Position numbers and translations under genes: made by a program
Notes under the pieces: model-generated
Seen by the model: the letters and a program-made list of their open reading frames with translations, nothing else
Told to the model about the DNA's origin: nothing
Databases searched by the model: none
Shown: in pieces, positions 1 to 8,110 of the stretch
Layout: every line of letters begins with the position of its first letter
Position numbering within the stretch: the stretch's first letter is position 1
DNA from: Candidatus Versatilivorator sp.
GTDB taxonomy: Bacteria > Acidobacteriota > Terriglobia > Versatilivoradales > Versatilivoraceae
NCBI GenBank assembly: GCA_965207735.1
Contig: OZ242296.1
Coordinates: 4,256,001 to 4,320,000, forward strand
Reading direction: 5' to 3'
Length of the DNA stretch: 64,000 nucleotides

Positions 1-270
1 CTCCGGCGAGCACCATTGTAAAAAATGCCAAGACCCATGTGGCTCTGGCTAGATTTTTCGCATGTTTTTCCAGAATCTCTTGGTGTTGCAATTCCCGTTG
101 GTAAGGGTCCATTAAACTTTCCTTATTCAACCGACTCAATGCCGTGGTAGTTCTCGCATGGTCTGGTTCGGCGACAGGCTTCCAGAAACGACACAGGACG
201 GCAGAAATCGTACGGGTTGCCGCCGTTTTGCATTGCCGCAACAATTTCTTGGATTTGTGACGGTTCCACG

Positions 271-1371
271 CTATTCGGATCGCCAGTCCGCGGCAAGCAG
301 ACTGAGCGCCTTGGGCGCTCCTTCGCATTTTAAGACTGGGTAGGAACGAACCATACGGTTGAGGTTCATGTATGCGGTCGGGGATTCTGAAAACGTACCG
401 TTCGTCTTTCTCACATAGATGGCATAGCGGATGCCATCCGTCAGGACAAGGCGACTGCACTTTTCGCGTCTGGAACTGCAAGCGTATTGAGTACCCTGGT
501 TTTTGGACGATAGGCACGAATGGCCGAGTCTCTTAACCTCAACGACAGCTGCCAGGTTTTCATCAGTGCGCTGAAAACAGTCGAAATCCGTGAGTTGGAG
601 CCTGTCGAAAAGCGCGATGTCGATTTTGTCCCATTCGACGGCCATTCGTTGTGGCGTCCAGCCCAATGTCCGCAGCAAGGGCACAACCAGGTACGCAACT
701 GTTTCGGACTCCGAAGGATGTGTACCCCTACGTCGATACCATGAGGCGATCTGCTGGAGGCCACGCATGCTTTCGGCAAGTGCATTGATCGCGCCTGCCG
801 CCGTTCCCTGGTCGAACAGATACTCGGCGAGCTCGCCTATGTCGATTTGCGGGATGGGTTCGTTAGGGCGGCACGACGACGGAAGTGCAGGTAACTCTGT
901 ATCGCCCTCTGGTAGTTGCAATAGCCATTCGAACACCGGCCCTGTCCGGTATAACCTCTGTATCGTGTCACCCCATTTGAGCGTCCTCGTGCCAAACCTC
1001 TTAGGTTCGCCGTTCGCGGCCTTCCAGCACCACCTCACGCGACGGACGAGCTGAATGTCCCACCCGTCAATGTCGCCGAAGTCGTCGTACCATTTCACCG
1101 GGCCTTCTACCCGGCCGACTCCATAGACTTCGCTGGTGCCCAACCTTAGGACAACGATGTCGCCACCGTTGATGTCTTCGTGGTATTTGCGTATCATGCC
1201 AATCTTCTTTTGCGTCTCTTCGTCGTCGCGAAGAGGGGCCTCACAATCAGGCCACGGCCCTCGGGAGCCTGGGCCAAATAGAACGACCCCCCATTGCAGG
1301 CACAAATCCGCATACGACCGAACAGTGTCCCCAGCAGCTATTTGCCAAACCTCTTCATCGCCGACGTTCAT
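271..1371 (-). CDS. Restriction-like nuclease: uncharacterised N-terminal domain fused to an HsdR_N-like PD-(D/E)xK domain
   Basis: C-terminal SESETVAYLVVPLLRTLGW...KIDIAL...VEVKRLG...QYA...LVLTDGIRY pattern of type I HsdR N-terminal-like nucleases. ATG at 1371 has an AAGGA RBS (track ORF starts at 1479). Confidence 0.65.
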   Translation of the reverse strand: MNVGDEEVWQIAAGDTVRSYADLCLQWGVVLFGPGSRGPWPDCEAPLRDDEETQKKIGMIRKYHEDINGGDIVVLRLGTSEVYGVGRVEGPVKWYDDFGDIDGWDIQLVRRVRWCWKAANGEPKRFGTRTLKWGDTIQRLYRTGPVFEWLLQLPEGDTELPALPSSCRPNEPIPQIDIGELAEYLFDQGTAAGAINALAESMRGLQQIASWYRRRGTHPSESETVAYLVVPLLRTLGWTPQRMAVEWDKIDIALFDRLQLTDFDCFQRTDENLAAVVEVKRLGHSCLSSKNQGTQYACSSRREKCSRLVLTDGIRYAIYVRKTNGTFSESPTAYMNLNRMVRSYPVLKCEGAPKALSLLAADWRSE

Positions 1372-1557
1372 GAGACGTTTCCTTGTGAGCCTGTAGCCGT
1401 GGCGAAGCTGCGGAGGCCCCGCCATCGCTACAGCAGCTGACTTTCGCGGTTCTGGGTTAAGGCCTCGTCCATCATGCAATCTAGGCGGGTGACGCCGGCC
1501 CTGGTGCAGGGCCCCGGACTCACTGGTTAAGCCAATGCCCTCCTATGTGCGCCTTCT

Positions 1558-1995
1558 CTATGTGGCCAGGTCCTCGGCTGTGAGCTCGGTCGGTTCGACT
1601 AGGCGATAGTGTTTCTCGTCCAACACTTTGACCTCTCCCTTGATGAGTTCGAAAGCGAACAAAGCAATCACGTCATCGCTCATGAATTGTGCAGCTACCG
1701 GACGGCAAACAAGATCAGGATACTTCTCGTGGCACAATGCCATGTCTTGCTCGATTTGAACGATGTTCAATTCGTCTCGGCCGCCCTTTGCCTGAACGGG
1801 AATGACGTACTGGCAGCGTTTTGCGTCTACACCTACAAACAACTCGTCCGTTTCAACCTGTCCGATGCCTTTGACAGCGGAGCGAAGGTGATTTTGCAGC
1901 TAATAGCAAGTGATTCCGGTGAAGATGTCAATCAGCCGGTTGTACCGGACTTTTGACAGCAAAGCTTGCTCGTCTCCAAGCGCGTACTTGGCGAA
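1558..1995 (-). pseudogene. 5'-truncated endonuclease pseudogene (PD-(D/E/Q)xK-type) with in-frame stop
   Basis: The frame upstream of track ORF 1558..1842 reads AKYALGDEQALLSKVRYNRLIDIFTGITCY*LQNHLRSAVKGIGQVETDELFVGVD...PVQAKGG. TAG at 1900-1902. No recognisable N-terminus beyond about 1995. Confidence 0.65.
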
Positions 1996-2677
1996 TCACG
2001 GCTACCAACTGTTTCACACTATCGGCTTCCGCCATCGATAAACCCTCACACGAAATTCCTCTCCACAATATTCCGCGTAGTCCGTCGCCGACGGCGGACC
2101 ACGGCCGCTCGAACCAGCATGGCCGAACGGGAGCGAACCACTCCATAAGTGTAGACCTTCACCTTGTCCGTTTTCAGTTCGCTTGCGATGTTCCAGGGAC
2201 CGCTCTTGAACTCCACCCCGTCATCATATTCCCCCCAAAACCGTGAGCTTTGTCGGGTAGGCTGCGTTTTCCCGGCCTCCGGCGTGCCCCAATATCCCCA
2301 CAGGACTTCCAGGGCGATTCCGGATCTCTTAGCTGGCGAAGCCCTTGCTCGTTGTGGTCCATCCGGGTTTTCATCCCGAGCCGCACGATTACAACGCACA
2401 CAGTTGCGCTGTGCTGCATCTTCTCAGGGTCGGATGACCGTAGTACCCAGGATTTCAGAGGCCTTCGGGATCTTATCAAAAGTATGAGCAACGGTTACAC
2501 ATTAACGGTTTGAAGCAGGAAGGGAGAGCGACAAAACGATTTACCTCTACTTGAAAATCACCTTCTGATGGTCCTTTCTTGGAGTTCCTTTTCTCATAAA
2601 GTATCTCAAATCACGGAACCTACGTCGGAGAGTAACCACAGCCAGGATTTTCAATGATTTTCAACGACTTACAGACA

Positions 2678-2701
2678 CCCGCAAGGGCGGGATCTTTTTT
2701 T
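2678..2701 (+). terminator. Possible intrinsic terminator
   Basis: CCCGC-AAGG-GCGGG hairpin followed by ATC and a T-run. The stem is short. Confidence 0.3.
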
Positions 2702-2738
2702 GGGAAGTGAAACCTGATACTGTCTTGCGGGGGCTGTC

Positions 2739-3236
2739 TTGAAGCAGCATGTGTTTAGGGTTTTCTCTGCCCTGTTCTCGGGGGTGGTGGAGTATTTCAT
2801 CACTCAGGAGTGGTCGCCTTTCAGAGCGGCACTTACCGCAATAGCGGCCTACCTGGCCTTGATTGGCCTAGACAAAGCCACCACGTGGTTTCGCCCCAGA
2901 AATCCCAATGCTGGTTCGCCCAGAACTCCGAAAGAAATGATGGCAGAGGTTAAGGGGAAAACCGACCTAGCTGCCAACGAGATTTCCAAGAGACACTCAG
3001 GGCGTTCACTCAGATTCAGTGGTTATATCTCTGACATTATTGATGATCCCAGCTTTACTCTGGTTTTTTGTGAGTCAAAGAAAGGGGACAGGTGGGCCTG
3101 TAGTTTCTGTCGCAAAAAGTGGCGACGCAAGCTATCAACCTACAACCAAGGAGATAAGATCGAAGGTATCGGAATCATTACCTCTGTCTCCTCACACTCG
3201 GTGAGTTTAGACAAGTGCAGATTAGAAGAACCCTAG
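2739..3236 (+). CDS. Hypothetical membrane-anchored OB-fold protein (tRNA_anti-like)
   Basis: Hydrophobic N-terminal segments, then GRSLRFSGYISDI...GDKIEGIGII...VSLDKCRL resembling an OB-fold. Confidence 0.45.
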   Translation: MKQHVFRVFSALFSGVVEYFITQEWSPFRAALTAIAAYLALIGLDKATTWFRPRNPNAGSPRTPKEMMAEVKGKTDLAANEISKRHSGRSLRFSGYISDIIDDPSFTLVFCESKKGDRWACSFCRKKWRRKLSTYNQGDKIEGIGIITSVSSHSVSLDKCRLEEP

Positions 3237-3315
3237 CTGAAGGGGGGGCAGAACGAAGCGTACCATTCTCTGATCCGCTTCCGACAAACCTGTGAATCAA
3301 GGAGAATCCAACCCT

Positions 3316-3597
3316 ATGACCAACATAAGGCTGCTTCAGTCGATCGTGAGATATTGCGATAGGCGAATGTCCGAAGGGAAACTACCCGCCACACTCGATG
3401 GCAGCGATGATTTTTGGACACATTTTAATGACGAACACGCAAACCGCCTGGTTTCTCTCCTCACTTCGGGAATTGACTCAGGGCTCTTATCTGGAAAACA
3501 CGAAGTCAATCCTTTAGACGGTGGCGCTACATTCTCCATCACGATCTATGGAGTCACTCTCGAGGGACTCAAGTTTTCCCAAATTAGAGGACTGTAA
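3316..3597 (+). CDS. Small hypothetical protein, possibly winged-helix (DUF2513-like)
   Basis: AAGGAG RBS upstream of the ATG at 3316. The ...DSGLL...GVTLEGLKF ending resembles winged-helix wing motifs. Confidence 0.4.
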   Translation: MTNIRLLQSIVRYCDRRMSEGKLPATLDGSDDFWTHFNDEHANRLVSLLTSGIDSGLLSGKHEVNPLDGGATFSITIYGVTLEGLKFSQIRGL

Positions 3598-4146
3598 GCA
3601 GTCGCTCGACCAGCCAATAAAGGATTCATCGTACAGGCAACATGTCGGAGGGAAAAAGGTGCCTACCATGGGTGGAGCCGAGTGGCTTGTGATACTGATT
3701 ATTTTTTTTTGGATGGATAATCAGTATGATTATTCAGACTCACCGGGCGGTTCATAGAATTGAAAAGAGGCTGTCTGAAGAACAAGAGCCAACCAGAAAA
3801 GCGAATGCCTGACAACAAAAGGAGGTCGGAAGTCGGTAGGTCGCTGAAATCCATCGCTCTCGTAGGCCACGTTTGATCGGAAGCAAAGCGCGTTGCAGAT
3901 CGTCAGGTCTATTTCTCGCTGGCCACAACAACCCGATCGGGACGGAGCCTGCTTAGACAGGAGTATGCGGCTGTGTGCCGAAAAACCCCACTATGAACCC
4001 GCGCCTTGGGGTTGCGGAAAAGGGAGAGGGTCGGTGTGTTTGGCTCCCTGGAATATACGTACTATCATGATTCTAAGGAGTGGGTGCAGACCAAACCGCA
4101 GATCGTCGCCACACAGATTATCCAGTCGGGGTGAGGAGGGAGTTAC

Positions 4147-4371
4147 ATGGAAGACACGTCCACGACAGTTCAGCCTGCCATCGGAAAGGCTAAACCGATC
4201 AGTGTCCACGTCGGGATTTCAGCGCCCACTGGGACAGCCGGACCGCCCCCCACACCCCCGGACGATTACTGGGCGATTTTCGACAAGATCATCAAGCTGG
4301 ACCGGATTGCAGAGATTCTGGCGGATCTTGTGAAAGTGTTCTTCCGAAGTAGTAGCCCGGTAAGTCGCTAA
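4147..4371 (+). CDS. Small hypothetical protein
   Basis: Strong GAGGAGG RBS upstream. 74 aa with a Pro-rich linker and amphipathic C-terminal helix. Confidence 0.35.
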   Translation: MEDTSTTVQPAIGKAKPISVHVGISAPTGTAGPPPTPPDDYWAIFDKIIKLDRIAEILADLVKVFFRSSSPVSR

Positions 4372-4699
4372 ATGATGCTCGACACTATTCCCCTTGAAGT
4401 GACCGAGATCCGGCAGTACCGTTACCACACTGTGCACACCTACCTCGTAATATCACTTGCCCGCACCAGGTCCAGCAAAGCGAGCTCCTTCGGGGTAGGT
4501 CAGCGTAAGCAGGACAACCCGGGTCCGGGTCTTTAGCCTTCCCACAGGGAATGCCGCTTCAGAATGGGCTGATCGTCCAACCAGGTCCCATAGTGTACAT
4601 AACTGACTTAACTACAGTCCGTTATGAGCATGATTGAGCATCCATCCATTCCCATAGCGTTCTGCGCCGTACCCTTGTATCCCACCTATTTCGGGGAGT

Positions 4700-4890
4700 A
4701 TGATGGTGGGTATGACGCTTTCCAAACGCCCTCCCCAACGCAAGCCCCCCGGCCAGCACCCCGACAACGCGCTCACGCCCCTCTTTGTCCGCAGCGTGAG
4801 CCAGTCCAGACGCTATTTGACGGCCAGGGCCTCTATCTCGACGTGCGTCCCTCGGGCAGCCGGGGCTGGATCCAGCGCCTCACCTTCCGA
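4700..4890 (+). pseudogene. N-terminal arm-binding fragment of a P4-like tyrosine integrase, frameshifted and truncated
   Basis: HPDNALTPLFVRSVSQSRRY in one frame continues as FDGQGLYLDVRPSGSRGWIQRLT in another. This is the DG.GLYL.V...G...W arm-binding motif. ATCCCACC/GGTGGGTA arm-site-like motifs lie around the start. Confidence 0.7.
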
Positions 4891-5339
4891 TTCCTCCCCC
4901 TCGCGAGCGGCGCGCCGGCGCACCGCGCGAGGCCGGGGGGACAGCGAGGCCGGCGCCGCACCGCGTAGTGCCGGGGAGCCAGCCTACCCAAGTAGAGTCG
5001 AGGACTGGCGCGTTGACTATAGGGTCCGCCCTGGCTGCTACCAACCGGAGCGACAGTTGTTGGGCGGGGTTCGCACCCGCCAGAAGAAGGCGCCTTTCCA
5101 CGGCGCACTGTAATACATTGGGGCTGGCGAGGGGCTCCGCCCCTTCGAACCCCCGACCGGGGAGAGCTCTCCCCTGGCCCCCCCATCACCCCCGCCGCTC
5201 CCGTCTCCCTCTCTCATGCCGGCGTGGCGTTCAATGGGGTCCTGCCACCCCCTGATTCCACGAACCTTGCCGGGCAGGCTGGACTTCGTACGGGTAACCG
5301 ATCCCTTCATGCATGCCCTCTTTGCCGGCCGTGCTGAAC

Positions 5340-5507
5340 CCGAATAGGGGCTTCAGGGGCTTCGAGGAATGGGGTAGAGTGCTCGGCGACGAAGTGATAG
5401 CCGCGGCGCTCATCGACCGGCTGCTGCACCACTGTCACATCGTCAATATCTGGGGCAACAGCTACCGGATGTGGGAGAATCAGGTCTGGCTCCGGGTCGC
5501 GAGGTGA
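5340..5507 (+). pseudogene. istB: IS21-family IstB ATPase C-terminal fragment
   Basis: NRGF..EEWGRVLGDEVIAAALIDRLLHHCHIVNIWGNSYRM is the IstB C-terminal signature. The rest of the gene is absent. Confidence 0.8.
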
Positions 5508-5552
5508 CCGTCGGCCCGTCGGCCTTGCGACGCGTTTCGGGCCGTACTCTGG

Positions 5553-5602
5553 CCGCTTGAAAATGGTGCGCCTTATCTGTCCAAGAAATCAGGGGCGGTA
5601 CA
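5553..5602 (+). mobile_element. Solo right end of an IS3-like element
   Basis: CCGCTTGA.AATGGTGCGCCTTATCTGTCCAAGAAATCAGGGGCGGTACA ends in CA and closely matches the reverse complement of 18735-18784. Confidence 0.6.
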
Positions 5603-5609
5603 GAAGAGC

Positions 5610-6878
5610 ATGCGATTAATGTCTATCGTTTCCACGATATCAAATGGAAGTAGACCCTGTGGAAGTAATGGGACCGGACCGCATCGAAGACGGAGAGTGA
5701 GTCTCCTGCCGCGCTCAGCCGTTCTTTGGCTCTTGATTGTGGCTGTTGCTCCCGTAACAGCGTACGTCGCAGCATCTCTTAAGCCCTCCAACGCTTGGGC
5801 TGAGCCAAAATCGGGTTGGCTTTACGTTCTGGATCCGAGAGTTGCGAGTGGGAAGTCCATGGTGTGGCTGGTAGATCCAAGAGAGGGGATCAAAGGAAGA
5901 CTGGAAGCCGGCTACGCTCCTTTCTTTGCTCTGTCTCCCGATGGGACCCGTCTCTATGTTTCGTCGCGGCCCCCCGGTCCTCCCGGCTCAGGTGTGTCTT
6001 CCGACAAGCTCTGGACAATCGATACTGCAACCGGGGATCTGCTTCAGCAAGTCAAGCTTTCCGATAGGGTTACTTACACGTTGCCCGCACCCGGGGGACT
6101 GGCGGTGTCGCCGGATGGCCGTTATGTCTATGTAGCCAAAAGCCGCACGATTCGTCCAGGTGTGCACGAGCAGGCAATACAAACCTTTGACACCATCAGG
6201 AAAAGATTCTTGTCGGAAGAGGCTGTGTTGCCACGTTGTGGTTTCCCCGAGATCATTCCGGTCTCCGGGACATGGCAGTTGGTCGTGATGTGCGGCTCCA
6301 GGGGAGCCCGTTGCATCAACCTGGCTTCCGATGGTTCTGTGAAGCAATCTCAGTTTGTGGAAGTGCCGATCAGCTTGTCCGCAGTTACGTCAGGCAGGAG
6401 GGTATTGAAGAGACCCCTCGCGCAGACCTCTCCTTCAGCCGATGCTCGGAAACTCGGACTGATTATGAACAACGGAGAGATATTTGAGGCGGAGATCGGA
6501 GACAGTCCGTTTCGGATCAATCCAACGCTGGCTCCTCCATTGCATCCGTCGCACACAGTACTTCAGGTCGGGGGCTCACGCCGTTCCTCCAACGGCGCCA
6601 AAGCATTCGTCAGCTGCGCCTCGAAGGAGCTTGTACACACGTCGCTCACAGCCGATGAGATCCACATCTATGACACCACAAACTCTTGGACCCGTGAGGC
6701 GATTATCAGGACCCCAGTTCCGTGTAGCGATCTAGTGTTGAGTGGCGATGGCCGGAATGTCTATGGCATCAGTCCGCAGACGAGGACTCTGCTGACAATA
6801 AATTTAGGCACCGGACAAGTGGAAACGAGCGTTGGAGGAATTGGAGTACAACCTAGGCTCCTGGCCATTGCACCATAA
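5610..6878 (+). CDS. Secreted or membrane-anchored beta-propeller protein, resembling amine dehydrogenase heavy chain/YncE
   Basis: Hydrophobic signal/anchor, repeated ALSPDG.RLYV and AVSPDGRYVYV blades, and a PRCG...MCG Cys pair. Start codon uncertain. Confidence 0.65.
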   Translation: MRLMSIVSTISNGSRPCGSNGTGPHRRRRVSLLPRSAVLWLLIVAVAPVTAYVAASLKPSNAWAEPKSGWLYVLDPRVASGKSMVWLVDPREGIKGRLEAGYAPFFALSPDGTRLYVSSRPPGPPGSGVSSDKLWTIDTATGDLLQQVKLSDRVTYTLPAPGGLAVSPDGRYVYVAKSRTIRPGVHEQAIQTFDTIRKRFLSEEAVLPRCGFPEIIPVSGTWQLVVMCGSRGARCINLASDGSVKQSQFVEVPISLSAVTSGRRVLKRPLAQTSPSADARKLGLIMNNGEIFEAEIGDSPFRINPTLAPPLHPSHTVLQVGGSRRSSNGAKAFVSCASKELVHTSLTADEIHIYDTTNSWTREAIIRTPVPCSDLVLSGDGRNVYGISPQTRTLLTINLGTGQVETSVGGIGVQPRLLAIAP

Positions 6879-6934
6879 TCTTTCGCACACCAACCAGAAC
6901 ATTTCGACTCACCAGTGCATCGCCGCTTTCCCAG

Positions 6935-7145
6935 TTAACCTCCGACTTGCGGATATCGCTGAAAATCAGGCTCAACACGTTGCATCATCTTTCGCCGTCC
7001 CGGCAAGTGGGCCGTCCGGTTGTAAACCCCCTTATGATGAACCCGCGCAGCGTGAGCCAGCTGGTGTTCAATTAAGTCGGGTCGAAAACCCAACACTTCA
7101 TCCCGCAGGATCCTCGCCATGGCCCGAAAGCCGTGCATCCTCATC
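6935..7145 (-). pseudogene. C-terminal catalytic fragment of a P4-like tyrosine integrase
   Basis: HGFRAMAR...IEHQLAH...VYNR...RRKMMQ carries the H-x-x-R, H and Y catalytic motifs. Confidence 0.75.
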
Positions 7146-7203
7146 CGATCCGGTTGTACGTCCATGCCTCAAATCCCTGGTAGCGTCAGACGTTAGGTCC
7201 CCA

Positions 7204-7341
7204 GTAACCGTTCGGTCAAGCCGTGGAGTCCATCCGCCGTCCGGAGGAGGCAAAGCGAGCAGAACCGACGGATCGCCTGTGATTGCAGGCACCTCCAACT
7301 TCGTCCGGGTCCAAGCCATCACGGCTTGACCGAACGGTTAC
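7204..7341. mobile_element. 138-bp IS66-like MITE
   Basis: Perfect 22-bp inverted repeats GTAACCGTTCGGTCAAGCCGTG at 7204-7225 and 7320-7341. GGTCCCCA occurs at 7196-7203 and again at 7345-7352. Confidence 0.6.
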
Positions 7342-7479
7342 CATGGTCCCCACAGCAAAACGGATTCCGAAACCACATTGATTGAGGGTGACCAATGGGG
7401 GGACCACTCGCTGCTTGACGGGACATAAATATAATCTAGTGAACACCTTAACTGAGTTCACCAGCAATCGGACCATCCC

Positions 7480-7516
7480 CTCAAATCACTGTCCAAAGAA
7501 ATCGTGGGGCGGCGGA
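7480..7516 (+). repeat. Short third copy of the cassette-flanking repeat
   Basis: CTCAAATCACTGTCCAAAGAAATCGTGGGGCG is identical to the reverse complement of 8020-8051. Confidence 0.85.
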
Positions 7517-7623
7517 GGCCGTCACAATGACCGTCGATCCAGCACCCTAAGCCAAATGGCCATGATGGTCCAAGGTGCGGGTTGCAAGCGGTTGCAGTAT
7601 TGGGATGTGGTGGGGTAGGAGAT

Positions 7624-7908
7624 CTACTGATTTGTTATGTTTTTTGAGACATTGGGCAACCAGATATCAATCATTCGTCCCCACATGCGAGTAATTTGAA
7701 GAATTGCTTGGTCAACGACTTCCTTTTTGGATGCGGTTTTCGACAGCTTGACGTGTTCAGAAAAATCGTAGACACTCCCGACCCGACAGTCTTTGATTTG
7801 AAAACTCACCTTCCAACATTGATCGTGCTGTTTGTAGGTGCGCGTTACATGAATTGAGCCCGAAGAATTGTCATTTTGGTAGCAATCCTCTGTCATGTCG
7901 TCAGTCAT
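7624..7908 (-). CDS. Small low-GC hypothetical protein
   Basis: 94-aa ORF with an AAGGA RBS. AT-rich relative to its flanks. Confidence 0.4.
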   Translation of the reverse strand: MTDDMTEDCYQNDNSSGSIHVTRTYKQHDQCWKVSFQIKDCRVGSVYDFSEHVKLSKTASKKEVVDQAILQITRMWGRMIDIWLPNVSKNITNQ

Positions 7909-8014
7909 TGTTGTTTTTCCTTATGTTGGACGGGTTGCGACCGTCCGGTGTGCTACCAGCCCGGGTTCGGGGCCGATCCTTATTGCTGGCGTTTCCTGAC
8001 CAGCGGTTCATCAC

Positions 8015-8110
8015 TCCCTCGCCCCACGATTTCTTTGGACAGTGATTTGAGTGACTGTTTGAGAAGACACAGGAGAGAAGAATCACGCTATGTCGATGTC
8101 CAGAGGAAGG
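8015..8110 (-). repeat. Left copy of ~96-bp imperfect inverted repeat bounding the defence cassette
   Basis: Reverse complement aligns without gaps to 18638-18733 (81/96 identical by manual alignment). It overlaps the last codons and stop of the methyltransferase. Confidence 0.85.

Noticed and set aside
1900-1902. In-frame TAG as possible recoding (pyrrolysine or alternative code)
   Set aside because: The gene is also 5'-truncated, TAG is used as a normal stop elsewhere in the window, and no recoding machinery is seen.
4700-7145. Two integrase fragments as one interrupted gene
   Set aside because: They lie on opposite strands and the large central portion is missing, so they cannot be joined from the sequence.
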